Part shown: positions 1-9,735 of the stretch, piece by piece | How the letters are laid out: the number at the start of each line of letters is the position of its first letter | Position numbering within the stretch: position 1 is the stretch's first letter | Source of the DNA: Acidobacteriota bacterium | Lineage (GTDB): Bacteria > Acidobacteriota > Thermoanaerobaculia > Multivoradales > UBA5704 | Assembly (NCBI GenBank): GCA_034666985.1 | Contig: JAXDKS010000053.1 | Location: forward strand, 97,980 to 161,979 | Length of the DNA: 64,000 nt | Direction: 5' to 3' | Notes under the pieces: generated by a model | Database searches by the model: none | Told to the model about the DNA's origin: nothing | The model's input: only the letters and a program-made list of their open reading frames with translations | Translations under genes and position numbers: made by a program

Positions 1-215
1 ACCGCGTGCCGCAGCATGCGGATGCGCGGGTTGGCCGCGGCCAGGCGATCGACGATCTCGGGCGAGCGATCCTGCGAGGCGTCGTCCACCACCAGGATCT
101 CGTAGTCCCCGGCGTGGCGCTCCAGGGCGTCGACCGCGTAGTCGATGGCGTGCTCGATGTTCTCCTCTTCGTTGAACATCGGGATCACGAGCGAGACGGA
201 AGGGCGTTCGTGCAT
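1..215 (-). CDS. Glycosyltransferase family 2 (5' part; runs off the window edge)
   Basis: Translated by hand from ATG at 215: MHERPSVSLVIPMFNEEENIEHAI...YEILVVDDASQDRS, the GT2 N-terminal signature. Confidence 0.9.
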   Translation of the reverse strand, partial: MHERPSVSLVIPMFNEEENIEHAIDYAVDALERHAGDYEILVVDDASQDRSPEIVDRLAAANPRIRMLRHA

Positions 216-233
216 GGCTGGATGAGGCAGAGG

Positions 234-2051
234 TTACCGGTGGATCCGCTTCACGGCAAGGAGCTGCACGGCGAGGCGCCGGGAGTCGGTCCCCGTCTCC
301 GCCGTGCCCGGAACGAAGGAGCGGTCGGAGTGGAACGCGATGTCGGCCTTGCCACACCCGGCGAGCGGCAGCTCGACCTGCCGCTCGGACCCCCGAGGTA
401 GCTCGACGGTGGTGATCGACGTGCCGTTGACCGACACGGTGACCGTGTTGGACGGCAGGGGCGCCGCCATGGGGAGCCCCAGCGTCACGGCCACGGCCTG
501 GATGCCCCGCGGGAAGACGCGGAGGACGGCGTCGGCATCCAGCCAGCGCCATCGCGCGTCCCGCACGCTCGGCTCATAGGGGCTGACGCCCCGCACGACT
601 TGGTAGCGGGCGTCCGCCGGGATGGGGCTCAGGGAGATGACACGGTAGTGATTGCGGGTGAGCTTGCCGTAGGCGTCCGTCTCCGGCCAGCGGAAGGTGA
701 CCGCTCCCGGCCACGCCGTCTCGCCCTCGGCGAGGAGCCAGAGAGGCGCGTAGGGACGCCGGGCGTAGGCCTGCAGCCCCGCGTCGATGGGCGAGAGGTC
801 GAAGCCCCGCAGCAGGAAATGGGCGTGGGGCGCGAGGTCGTCCTGCACCAGGATCCCCGCTCCCGCCGGCAGGTGGCGGTGGGCCCAGACGGCCGCCTGC
901 AAAGGAGGGGACAAGGAGGTGGAGCGCGCGGCCAGGAGAGGGCCGGCGTAGATGGCGCCGCCCACGACGACGAGGGCGGGGACCACCCAGGCCGCCGCCG
1001 GGACTCCCATCCGGCGCGCCGCCGCCTCGCTCCCCACCACCGCGGCGAAGGCCGTGCCGAGGACGACCGGCAGGGCATAGCGAACTCCGTCCGCCGGGTC
1101 CATGAGGATCAGGCAGGCGGCGAGCTGCGTTGCCGAGAGGATCGCTAGGGGGAGCGCCGCCGCCCGCCGCCGCCGCGCCAGCGTCACGATTCCGGCCGCG
1201 GCCAGGGCGAGCACCGGCAACGACAGCCACTTGGTCCCCCAGGGATGGGCCACGAAGCGGGTCAGCAATTCCCCGGTCGACTCGCCCCCGCGCGAGGTCT
1301 TCGCGTCGTGCACGGCCACGTAGGCTGCCTGCTTCAACTCGTAGTCGAGGAAGCTCTTGGGCCCGCCCGCGGCCACCACCAGCGGCACGAACCAGAGGAG
1401 CGAGGTCACGGTGAACGCGGCCAGGACCTGCCCGCGGCGCCGCCGGTCCGAGGCCTGCCAGAGTGCCACCGCGAGCATGGGGAGGACGGCCAGAGCAAGC
1501 TGCGGCCGGCAGCCGATGGCCGCCGACGCGGCCGCTCCCAGCCCCACGGCCGCCCCCGTCCCGCCGTGGTCGCGCAGGGCGGCCGCCGCCGCCAGCGCCA
1601 GGGCGATGAACATCAGCGCCGGCGGGTCCGACATGGGGAGCGGCCCCTGCACGAGCATCACGGGCGAGAGCTGGAAGAGGAGCGCGCCCGCCACCGCCAG
1701 CCGCTCGGCTCCAGGGGCAGGTCCCCCGGCGATCCGGCGGAAGGCCGCCACCAGCGCCCAGTAGCCCACCAGGGAGGAGACGACGGCCAGGGCCACGAGG
1801 CTCACGAAATGACTCTGGAAGACCAGGGCGAAGAGCTTGCCGAGCCCCACCGTGAGTGGATAGCCCGGCGGGTGCGGCCGGTGGTGGAGCGGTTCGAAGT
1901 GCCCCACGGCGCCGGAGAAGAGGAACTCGTCCATTTCCCAGAGACTGCGCGGCAGGGTCAGGGCGCGGACGGCCACCAGCAGGACGAAGCCCAGGAGAGA
2001 CGCCGGCGAGAGGCTGCGCACAGCGGAGCGGAGCCGGGTTGACACCGTCAT
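234..2051 (-). CDS. Multi-pass membrane protein, GT-C/PMT-like glycosyltransferase candidate with a C-terminal soluble domain
   Basis: WEMDE acidic motif after TM1, HPPGYP motif, about 10 hydrophobic segments; probable start MTVSTRL at 2051; sits directly upstream of the GT2. Confidence 0.65.
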   Translation of the reverse strand: MTVSTRLRSAVRSLSPASLLGFVLLVAVRALTLPRSLWEMDEFLFSGAVGHFEPLHHRPHPPGYPLTVGLGKLFALVFQSHFVSLVALAVVSSLVGYWALVAAFRRIAGGPAPGAERLAVAGALLFQLSPVMLVQGPLPMSDPPALMFIALALAAAAALRDHGGTGAAVGLGAAASAAIGCRPQLALAVLPMLAVALWQASDRRRRGQVLAAFTVTSLLWFVPLVVAAGGPKSFLDYELKQAAYVAVHDAKTSRGGESTGELLTRFVAHPWGTKWLSLPVLALAAAGIVTLARRRRAAALPLAILSATQLAACLILMDPADGVRYALPVVLGTAFAAVVGSEAAARRMGVPAAAWVVPALVVVGGAIYAGPLLAARSTSLSPPLQAAVWAHRHLPAGAGILVQDDLAPHAHFLLRGFDLSPIDAGLQAYARRPYAPLWLLAEGETAWPGAVTFRWPETDAYGKLTRNHYRVISLSPIPADARYQVVRGVSPYEPSVRDARWRWLDADAVLRVFPRGIQAVAVTLGLPMAAPLPSNTVTVSVNGTSITTVELPRGSERQVELPLAGCGKADIAFHSDRSFVPGTAETGTDSRRLAVQLLAVKRIHR

Positions 2052-2073
2052 CGGCGGAAGATATTCAGTCCGG

Positions 2074-2736
2074 GTGGCTTCCATTGGGTACTTCCAGTCC
2101 CTGTCTCTGATCCGTCGCATCTGGCGCACGGCGCCTGCCGCCGCGCGCCTCCACGTCCTGGGACGCTTCCTTTCATGCCCTTTCCTGCGGGTGCTCGACT
2201 TCCTCCCGCCGGGGGCCTGCGTGATGGATCTCGGAGCTGGGCATGGAATCTTCTCACATCTTGCCCTCGCGGTGGGAGCCCGCAGCGTCGTTTCCCTGGA
2301 GCCGGACCGGCGGAAGGTCTTCCTCATCTTCCCCCGCCCGGGGATGCGGGTCGTGGCGGGCTACGACGACGCCGTCCGCGGCCCCTTTGACGCCGTGGCG
2401 ATCCTCGACGTCCTCTACCGGCTGCCCCGCGAGGCCTGGGACCCGCTGCTGCGCTCGGTGCGGGAGCGGCTGGCGCCCGGGGGCGTCCTGCTGCTCAAGG
2501 AGCAGGACCCCGGCCACCGGCTCAAGGCCTCCTGGAACCGCGCCCAGGAGTGGCTGGTGGATCGCGTCGGCCTCACCCTGGGCGAGGCTTTCAGCTATGA
2601 GACCCGCGAGAAGATGCGCCGCCGGCTGCTCGCCGCTGGCTTCGCGGGCTTCCAGGCCGTGGAGATCGGCGCGGGCTACCCGCACGCCCACATCCTCTAT
2701 ATAGCTACGGTTGGCGCCGGCCCTGGTGGGCAATGA
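2074..2736 (+). CDS. Class I SAM-dependent methyltransferase
   Basis: VMDLGAGHG motif I, FDAVAILDVLY, LAPGGVLLLKE. Confidence 0.85.
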   Translation: MASIGYFQSLSLIRRIWRTAPAAARLHVLGRFLSCPFLRVLDFLPPGACVMDLGAGHGIFSHLALAVGARSVVSLEPDRRKVFLIFPRPGMRVVAGYDDAVRGPFDAVAILDVLYRLPREAWDPLLRSVRERLAPGGVLLLKEQDPGHRLKASWNRAQEWLVDRVGLTLGEAFSYETREKMRRRLLAAGFAGFQAVEIGAGYPHAHILYIATVGAGPGGQ

Positions 2737-3520
2737 ATTCGTCGATGAGGGCGCGGGCGATCGACAGCGGGGAAGGCAGGGACGGCAGGCTGTCCACCGT
2801 GAACCAGCCGGCGTCCTCGATCTCCCCGGGCTGGGGCGTCAGATCGCCGGACTCGTAATTGGCCACGAAGCCCACCATCAGCGAGTTGGGGAAGGGCCAG
2901 GGCTGGCTGCCGAAGTAGCGGAGGTTGGTCACTGTCACTCCCACCTCCTCTTTCACCTCCCGCAGCACCGTGTCTTCCAGCGACTCGCCAGGCTCGACGA
3001 AGCCCGCGAGCGTGCTGTACACCCCCGGCGCGAAGTGGGGCGAGCGGGCGAGGAGGATCTGGTCTCCCCGCTCGATGCGCACGATGACGGCGGGCGAAAT
3101 CCGTGGGAAGTGCTGCAGGCCGCAGCGCGGGCAGGTGCGGGAGAGCTCCGAGGGCTGGCGCTCCGTCGGGGTGGCGCAACGGCCGCAGAAACGGTGGTTG
3201 CGATCCCACTCGACGATCTGCACCGCCCGTCCGGCGAGCTTCCAGACCTCCTCGTCCAGGGCTCCCCAGAGGCGGCGCAGCCCCTCGAAGGCGAAGCCCG
3301 GCGGCGGCTCCGTCCCGGGCGGCAGGGCCACACCCCAGGCGGGCACGCCCCGCAGCGAGCCGACCGCGACGGGCTCCGCCGCGGGCAGCCCCAGACCCGC
3401 CCACTCGGCCGCGCCGGGCACCCGCACCCCGGCGTCCTCCCGCGCGACCAGGAGCTCGGGCCCCCGGAACCCGAACCACCAGCCTTGGGGACCTTGGAGA
3501 CCCCGGAGATCGTCGCTCAC
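2705..3520 (-). CDS. nudC: NAD(+) diphosphatase NudC
   Basis: Zn ribbon FCGRCA...CPRCG, Nudix box GFVEPGESLEDTVLREVKEEVG, SQPWPFPNS signature; GTG start overlaps the upstream TGA. Confidence 0.93.
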   Translation of the reverse strand: MSDDLRGLQGPQGWWFGFRGPELLVAREDAGVRVPGAAEWAGLGLPAAEPVAVGSLRGVPAWGVALPPGTEPPPGFAFEGLRRLWGALDEEVWKLAGRAVQIVEWDRNHRFCGRCATPTERQPSELSRTCPRCGLQHFPRISPAVIVRIERGDQILLARSPHFAPGVYSTLAGFVEPGESLEDTVLREVKEEVGVTVTNLRYFGSQPWPFPNSLMVGFVANYESGDLTPQPGEIEDAGWFTVDSLPSLPSPLSIARALIDEFIAHQGRRQP

Positions 3521-3981
3521 GGCTGGACGGGGGTGAGCCCCCGCAGATTCAGCAGATAGTCGGCGAAGACCTCGTTGAACAGGGCGCCGGGCCGCTTGTG
3601 CCGCAGCAGGGCCACGGCCTCCGACCCCTCCATCCCCAGGTACATGAGGATGAGGCCCGCCATCAGGGCCGAGCGGTTGAACCCCATGCCGCAGTGGGAG
3701 AGCACCTTGTGCCCGTCGGCGATCAGGGAGGCGGCCAGCCGGGCCACGCCATGGAGCTTGGGCATGTCCGGCAGGTCCTCGTCGTAGATCGGGAAGTAGA
3801 GATAGAGGATGTGGTTCGGCATGGTGGGGATGCAGGTGTCGAGATCCCCGTCGAGATCGATGACCGTGGTGATCTCGCGGTCCTCCACGAATTTCCAGTC
3901 CTCGATACGGGGCGAGAGGTAGAGGCAGCCGGCGTCGTCGAGACAGATGATCTGCATCTGCAGAGCCTTTACAGCCGCCAC
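3517..3981 (-). CDS. Cys-based protein tyrosine / dual-specificity phosphatase family protein
   Basis: HCGMGFNRS (CX5R) P-loop; start may instead be 3957. Confidence 0.8.
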   Translation of the reverse strand: MAAVKALQMQIICLDDAGCLYLSPRIEDWKFVEDREITTVIDLDGDLDTCIPTMPNHILYLYFPIYDEDLPDMPKLHGVARLAASLIADGHKVLSHCGMGFNRSALMAGLILMYLGMEGSEAVALLRHKRPGALFNEVFADYLLNLRGLTPVQP

Positions 3982-4478
3982 CAGTCGAAGGTCTTCCGCG
4001 CCGGGTCCCAGTAGATGTGGAATGCGTCGCAGCGGTCGTCGTGGAGATTGATCCCCAGGCTCCCCTTGCCCCCCTTGCCGTCATTGGCCGCCTTGCGCTC
4101 CCCAGCCTTGGTCGACGGATCCAAGGGCTCCAGGCTGATCTTCGCCTGATCGGAGCAGAGCGCCTCCTGGCCTCCCCCCTTCCAGGGGAAGTCCAGGAAC
4201 CAGGTCTTGCTCCCGGCGGTGACCGGGCCCTCGACGATCCCCACCACGAAACGGTCCTTGCGGATGCCGCTCAGGGCGTAGTCCGGCCGTCCGTCCTGAT
4301 CGAGGTCGCCCTCCACGAGGCTCTGCGAGCTCCACTGCGTGTTCGGCTGCCGGAGCCTGGCCACGTCGAGTGCCGTCCGGGTGCCGCCCGGCCCCGTCCG
4401 CGGGCCCGTGGCGCAGGCGACACAGGCGGCGCAGCCACAGAGGACGAGGATGAGAAGGATGGTCTGTCTGGTCTTCAT
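3969..4478 (-). CDS. Hypothetical lipoprotein
   Basis: Signal peptide with Cys (CGCAACVAC); GDLDQDGRPD Ca-binding-like loop. Confidence 0.65.
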   Translation of the reverse strand: MKTRQTILLILVLCGCAACVACATGPRTGPGGTRTALDVARLRQPNTQWSSQSLVEGDLDQDGRPDYALSGIRKDRFVVGIVEGPVTAGSKTWFLDFPWKGGGQEALCSDQAKISLEPLDPSTKAGERKAANDGKGGKGSLGINLHDDRCDAFHIYWDPARKTFDWWRL

Positions 4479-4550
4479 GATCTTCCCCCGGTTCTCCTTC
4501 CCCGGGGGACATCATAACTCGCGGCTCAATTCGCGGGCTCAAATCGCGGC

Positions 4551-5492
4551 TCACCGTGGCGGTGCCACGTCCTTCTTGCGGAGATACTGGTCGATCATCA
4601 CGGCGGCGATGTTGCCGGTGCCCATGGCGACCGCCACCTGCTGGGTCATGGGGCGCAGGTCGCCGGCCACCCAGACGCCGGGCACGTTGGTGTCCCCCCG
4701 CTGGGACTTCGGCTCGGCGTGATAGCCGGTGGCGGCGATCGTCACCCCGAGCTGCACGGCGAGGTCGGTGCGTCCGCGGGCGGGGCTGGAGACGAAGAAG
4801 GCCTCGGCTTCGAGGATCGTGCCGTCCTGGAGCTCCAGGCCGTTGAGCAGGCGCTTGCCGCCGATCAGCCGCTTGATCTCGCCCGCGATCACGGGGATCT
4901 TCCGCTCCCGCAGCCGCTCGGCCCAGTGGGGAGAGAGGTCGCGGTCGCCGGCCAGCAGCAGCCGCAGGCGCTCCGTGTAGCGGGAGAGGCCCACGGCCAT
5001 GGACGCGCCCCAGTCCGCCGGGCCGGTGCCGATGACGATCGTGTCGCGGCCGAAGAGCTCGGGCCCTTCGCAGTCCGAGCAGTAGAAGAGGTTGCCCTTG
5101 CCGGCATAGGCGAAGCAGGGGGTGAAGTCGCCGTCCACCGTGGGATGGAAGCGGGAGACGCCCGTGGCGAGGAGGACGGTGCGCCCTCGCCACCGCTCCC
5201 CCTTGCTGCCGGTGAGGACGAGCTCCCCCTCCTGCCCCTCGGCCTTCACCACGTTGGCGTGCTGGATCTCCGTCCCCAGCGCCAGCGCCTGCACCTTGAG
5301 ACGCTTCTGGATCTCCACCCCCGTCGCCTCCGGCATCCCGGGCACGTTCCACAGCTTCTCCAGGGTGAAGAACAGAGGCCCGGTGACGCGGTCGATCACC
5401 ACCACCTTGCGCTGATGCCAAGCCAGATGCAGCCCGGCCGACAGACCCGCCGGTCCGCCGCCCACGATGAGGGTGTCATAGAGGGTACCCAT
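4551..5492 (-). CDS. Thioredoxin-reductase-like FAD-dependent oxidoreductase
   Basis: IVGGGPAG, ATG motif, CSDC (CxxC), TNVPGVWVAGD. Confidence 0.88.
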   Translation of the reverse strand: MGTLYDTLIVGGGPAGLSAGLHLAWHQRKVVVIDRVTGPLFFTLEKLWNVPGMPEATGVEIQKRLKVQALALGTEIQHANVVKAEGQEGELVLTGSKGERWRGRTVLLATGVSRFHPTVDGDFTPCFAYAGKGNLFYCSDCEGPELFGRDTIVIGTGPADWGASMAVGLSRYTERLRLLLAGDRDLSPHWAERLRERKIPVIAGEIKRLIGGKRLLNGLELQDGTILEAEAFFVSSPARGRTDLAVQLGVTIAATGYHAEPKSQRGDTNVPGVWVAGDLRPMTQQVAVAMGTGNIAAVMIDQYLRKKDVAPPR

Positions 5493-5526
5493 GAGCTTTC
5501 GGCGGAGCTTATACTGATCCGCCCAT

Positions 5527-5558
5527 AAAAAAGTCGGGGTCCCAAAGGACCCCGTTTT
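5527..5558. terminator. Intrinsic-terminator-like hairpin
   Basis: CGGGGTCC-caaa-GGACCCCG, with an A6 tract on the left and T4 on the right. Confidence 0.55.
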
Positions 5559-5701
5559 GAGGTTTGTACTAGGGGGAAAGCGTTGTGAACGCTGACCCAG
5601 TTATCCCATGGGCGGCCGGCGAGCGTCTCGGCAGATGGTGGCTCCGATGCGGCAGGAATCGTGAAAAGCGCCGCCCGCTTCCCCGGCCCGAGACCGAGGT
5701 G

Positions 5702-5765
5702 TGTCAGCGACAGGGCCCGGACACAGTTGTCACCTCCTGACACACTTCCTGACAGACCTCTGTCA
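5702..5765. promoter_or_regulatory. Cluster of TGTCA/TGACA half-sites (putative operator array)
   Basis: TGTCA at 5702, 5728, 5761 and TGACA at 5738, 5750; perfect TGTCA-N5-TGACA at 5728-5742. Confidence 0.4.
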
Positions 5766-5872
5766 CTTCCGCCCTCTTCTCCCAGGGGAGATCCTCCTGG
5801 CAGCACCCTTGCACTCCTGCCCCCTCAGACAAGTTGATCGTTGAATGATGTGTGAGGAGAGGAGCTGAAAGG

Positions 5873-6418
5873 ATGCTCGACCGTAACGACTTCGAAACGC
5901 GGATCTTTTCCTACTACCTGCCGTTGCAGAGGGTGAGGGCGTTCGTGGACAGAAATCTGTCCGAGCCCATCCCCCTGCGGACGGCGGCCCGGGCCGCGGG
6001 CCTGGAGGAGAAGTACTTCTCGGCCTTCTTCCATCGCAAGACGGGGGTCTGCTTCCGCGACTGGCTGGCGGGGCGCCGGGTGGAGCGGGCGATCGAGATC
6101 CTGAAGCAGCGCGACGACACCATCACCAGCGTTGCGGCCAGCGTCGGCTTCCAGGATCTGCGGACGTTCGAGCGCGCCTTCAAGCGGCTGACCGGGCTCA
6201 CCCCCCGGGAGCTCAAGCGGTCCGTGGCCCCCAGGGTCATGCCTCCACTCCAGGCTCAGGAAGAGGAAGGTGAGCCCCAGGAGCATGACGAGGATCCTGA
6301 TGGGGATCAGGGCGTTGCGTGGCACAGGCCGGGATTGCGAGACCTCGCCCCTCCGGAAACCCTCCCGGCCCTCTTGAAAGCCGCCCCGGCGATCCTACGC
6401 CTGCCGATGCCGCTCTGA
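5873..6418 (+). CDS. AraC-family regulator (DNA-binding domain only)
   Basis: YFSAFFHRKTG...ITSVAASVGFQDLRTFERAFKRLTGLTP; GAGGAG RBS upstream. Confidence 0.88.
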   Translation: MLDRNDFETRIFSYYLPLQRVRAFVDRNLSEPIPLRTAARAAGLEEKYFSAFFHRKTGVCFRDWLAGRRVERAIEILKQRDDTITSVAASVGFQDLRTFERAFKRLTGLTPRELKRSVAPRVMPPLQAQEEEGEPQEHDEDPDGDQGVAWHRPGLRDLAPPETLPALLKAAPAILRLPMPL

Positions 6419-6519
6419 CCAGCCGCCGCGTCACTCGCTTCTTCCTCCCGTGCTGAGGGAGATCGTACCGCCTCCCGGGTGAGCCCTCGCCAGGCTTGGT
6501 GGTACTCTTGAGGCGAGCC

Positions 6520-7482
6520 GTGAACCCTTCCCTTGCGGACCTCCTCCCGTCCCTCTTGGCCGTGGCCGTCCTGGCCCTGACGATGGTGTTCGTCATGGTG
6601 CGCTACAGCCAGGCCCTGATGTCCGGGACCGGGGACCGACCGGGAGAATCCCGGAGCTGGGGCTTGGCCTATGCCCTGGTCTGGGCGGCCCTGATCGGTG
6701 CCTTCCTCGTCTTCCTGGATCGCGCCGGCACCCGTCCCCTAGGACGGTACTGCCTCGGGCTCGTCCTCGTGGCCCTGGCCTGGTACGGCTTCAACCGGCT
6801 GCTCATCGCCTTCGGCCGCGGTCTCCAGCGGGCCCAGGAACGGGTGGCTCAGGCTCCGCCCATCGAGGAGCCCGAGCCGCTGGCGGACCTCCCGGCCGCG
6901 GCGCCGCCCCCTGCCGCGCCGGCCCGGCGGATCCCGGACGTCCTGAGCTGGGCGGGAACCCTCGCCATCGTCCTCGCCGCCATGGTCCTCGGCACTCTTC
7001 CTCCCTTCCAGCGCTTCCATGTCTGGACGACCGGGCACCAGCGGGCCCTTCTCTGGGTGACGATCCCCATGGGCGCCGTCGGTTTCGTCCTCTTCATGGG
7101 GGGCATCATCCATCTGGTCCTCACCCAGGGACGGCCCATGCGCCGGCAGGAGATCGACGAGATGGAGCAGCGGCGCCGCAAGCTGCGGGCGGGCCCCGCC
7201 GTCTGGAGCGGGTATCGCTACCGCACCTTCGGGCTGGCCGTCGGAGCCCAGGCCGAGGAGGGGGCCACCTTCAGCGAGATCAAGGACGCCTGGCGTACCC
7301 GCGCCTGGGAATTCAGCCCCCGATGGCGCCGGATGTTCCTCCTGATGCTCGGCGTGGCCCTCCTCGTCGTCGGCCTCTTCGGCTCCCTCTTCGCCATCGC
7401 TCCGGCCGGTGTCCAGATCCTGATCGCCGCCGCCCTGGTCTACTCGGCCGTGCGGGCCGTCATCGGGTTCGCCCGCGCCTGA
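6520..7482 (+). CDS. Hypothetical membrane protein
   Basis: About 7 hydrophobic segments, high-GC3 codon usage. Confidence 0.65.
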   Translation: MNPSLADLLPSLLAVAVLALTMVFVMVRYSQALMSGTGDRPGESRSWGLAYALVWAALIGAFLVFLDRAGTRPLGRYCLGLVLVALAWYGFNRLLIAFGRGLQRAQERVAQAPPIEEPEPLADLPAAAPPPAAPARRIPDVLSWAGTLAIVLAAMVLGTLPPFQRFHVWTTGHQRALLWVTIPMGAVGFVLFMGGIIHLVLTQGRPMRRQEIDEMEQRRRKLRAGPAVWSGYRYRTFGLAVGAQAEEGATFSEIKDAWRTRAWEFSPRWRRMFLLMLGVALLVVGLFGSLFAIAPAGVQILIAAALVYSAVRAVIGFARA

Positions 7483-7551
7483 CGTCATCCGGACCGGCCG
7501 AATTCCTCGTAGGAGAGAGTTGAATCCACTCGCAACCCACGGAGAGATGAC

Positions 7552-8034
7552 ATGAACGCGCCCGACCGCAGCCGTTCCCTGATGCTCGCCGGCTTCGTCC
7601 TCTTCATCCTGGCCCTGGTGACGGGTATCCTCGTCACCGTCCTGCCCAACCCGCGGCAGGGGCTCTCCTCCCACCTCACCGGGGTGATGAACGCGATGTT
7701 CCTCGTCCTCCTCGGCCTGGCGTGGGAGCGCCTGCGCCTCGGTGCCCGGGCCGCCTCGGCCGCCTTCGGCCTCGCCCTCTACGGCACCTACGCCAACTGG
7801 GGCTTCAACCTCCTGGCCTCGATCCTGGGCACGGGCAGCATGACGCCGTTGGTGGCCGGCGGGCGGGTGGGACGGCCCTGGCAGGAGGCCGTGGTCAATA
7901 CCGGCTTGGTCACGCTGTCTCTCTCCATCCTGGCCTGCGGCTTGATCGTGGCGTGGGGCCTGCGCAAGCCGGCCGGCGAAACGGCCGCCGTCCCGGTGCG
8001 CGGCAGCCAGCCGGGCGCGCTGACTCCAGGATAG
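7552..8034 (+). CDS. Four-TM protein resembling the styrene-oxide isomerase (StyC) family
   Basis: SHLTGVMN (H-x5-N) and YANWGF segments, 4 TMs; RBS GGAGAG. Confidence 0.55.
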   Translation: MNAPDRSRSLMLAGFVLFILALVTGILVTVLPNPRQGLSSHLTGVMNAMFLVLLGLAWERLRLGARAASAAFGLALYGTYANWGFNLLASILGTGSMTPLVAGGRVGRPWQEAVVNTGLVTLSLSILACGLIVAWGLRKPAGETAAVPVRGSQPGALTPG

Positions 8035-8046
8035 ACTCCGCCCGCG

Positions 8047-8913
8047 ATGTCTTCCCCATACGGCAGCCAGAGCATGGTCGCTCCCCTGCGGCGGGTCCTC
8101 GTCCGCCGGCCGGACGCGGCCTTCGGCGGCGCGGACCCGGCCGTCTGGCACTACACCTCCCGGCCCGACCTTGCGGCGGCCCAGCGCGAGCACGACGCGC
8201 TCGTGGACCTGCTGCGGGCTGCCGGCGCCGAGGTCGTCGAGCACGCCGCGCCCCAGCCGGAGCGAGCGGACGCGATCTTCGTCTTCGATCCCGTCCTGAT
8301 CACCGACCGCGGGGCCGTCCTCCTGCGCATGGGCAAGGCCCTGCGCCGCGGCGAGGAGGAGGCGATGGGGCGCCGGCTTCAGGAGGTGGGCGTCCCCATC
8401 CTCGGCGCTCTTGGAGGCGAAGCCACGGCTGAGGGGGGCGACCTCCTGTGGCTCGACCGCCACACCTTGGCCGCCGGCCACGGCTTCCGCACCAACGCCG
8501 AGGGTCTCCGCCAGCTCCGGGAGATCCTCGGCCCTCTGGACGTCGAGGTGGTGCCCGTCGAGCTGCCGTACTTCGGCGGTCCCGAGGCCTGCCTCCATCT
8601 CCTCTCGCTCATCAGCCTGGTGGACGACGACCTCGCCGTCGTCTACCCGCCCCTCCTCGCCGTCCCCTTCTGGCGCCGGCTGCGCGACCGGGGGATCCGA
8701 CTCGTCGAGGTGCCCGAGGAGGAGTTCCCCACCCAGGGGCCGAACGTTCTGGCCCTGGGGCCGCGCAAGGCCCTGATGCTGGAGGGAAACCCCGCCACCC
8801 GCCGGCGTCTGGAGGAGGCCGGTTGCGAGGTGGTCACTTACGTGGGACGGGAGATCTCCCTCAAGGCCGAGGGGGGGCCGACGTGTCTGACACAGCCTTT
8901 ATTGCGGGGATAA
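8047..8913 (+). CDS. Dimethylarginine dimethylaminohydrolase / amidinotransferase family
   Basis: DAIFVFDP, RRGE, EGGD, LHL, C-terminal GGPTCLT. Confidence 0.88.
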   Translation: MSSPYGSQSMVAPLRRVLVRRPDAAFGGADPAVWHYTSRPDLAAAQREHDALVDLLRAAGAEVVEHAAPQPERADAIFVFDPVLITDRGAVLLRMGKALRRGEEEAMGRRLQEVGVPILGALGGEATAEGGDLLWLDRHTLAAGHGFRTNAEGLRQLREILGPLDVEVVPVELPYFGGPEACLHLLSLISLVDDDLAVVYPPLLAVPFWRRLRDRGIRLVEVPEEEFPTQGPNVLALGPRKALMLEGNPATRRRLEEAGCEVVTYVGREISLKAEGGPTCLTQPLLRG

Positions 8914-8937
8914 TCGGCGGGAGTAAGCTATGGGACT

Positions 8938-9735
8938 ATGAGCACCATCCTGAAGCTCTCCTTCCTCATCCTGATCCTGGCCGTCCTCGCTCCCCGCGGC
9001 GGCTCCGGCGAGGCCGCGGCGGCCGCCGGCGACCGGACGGCCGTCGTCGAGCTCTTCACCTCCCAGGGGTGCTCGAGCTGCCCGCCGGCGGACCGGCTGC
9101 TCTCGAAGCTCGCCCAGGACTCCCACTACCAGGGAAAAGTCATCCCACTGTCATTTCATGTGGATTATTGGAACTCCATCGGCTGGGAGGACCCCTTCTC
9201 CTCCTCCCGCTGGTCGCAGCGGCAGCAGCTCTACGGGGCGCGGGTCTTCCACACCAATCGCATCTACACCCCCCAGGTGGTGGTCAACGGGCGGGCGGAG
9301 TGCGTGGGCAACCAGGAGGGGGCGGTGATCGGCCGGATCGGCGACGCCCTGTCCCGGGAGCCGGCCGGCCGGGTCACCCTGGCCCTCGATCCGCTCACTC
9401 CGGACGGCCATCTGAAAGTGAAGGTGGGGGCGAAGCTGGCCCGCGCCGCCGGCCCCCTGGATCTCTGGGTCGCCGTCTACGAGAGCGGCCTCTCCACCTC
9501 CGTGAAAGCGGGGGAGAACGCCTCGCGGGTCCTGCGCAACGACCGGGTGGTGCGCCGCCTTGAGAAAGCCTTCACCCTACCAATCACTGCGGGCGCAGGC
9601 GCGGAGAAGTCGACCGAGCTCGTCCTTGGGATCGACAAGCGCTGGAAGACGGACGCGCTGGGCGTCGCCGCCTTCCTCCAGGACCCCACGACGCTGGAGA
9701 TCCAGGGGGCGGCGGCTCGAGAGGTGGGGCGCTAG
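8938..9735 (+). CDS. DUF1223 secreted thioredoxin-like protein
   Basis: VVELFTSQGCSSCPPAD, FHVDYWN, YTPQ. Confidence 0.9.
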   Translation: MSTILKLSFLILILAVLAPRGGSGEAAAAAGDRTAVVELFTSQGCSSCPPADRLLSKLAQDSHYQGKVIPLSFHVDYWNSIGWEDPFSSSRWSQRQQLYGARVFHTNRIYTPQVVVNGRAECVGNQEGAVIGRIGDALSREPAGRVTLALDPLTPDGHLKVKVGAKLARAAGPLDLWVAVYESGLSTSVKAGENASRVLRNDRVVRRLEKAFTLPITAGAGAEKSTELVLGIDKRWKTDALGVAAFLQDPTTLEIQGAAAREVGR

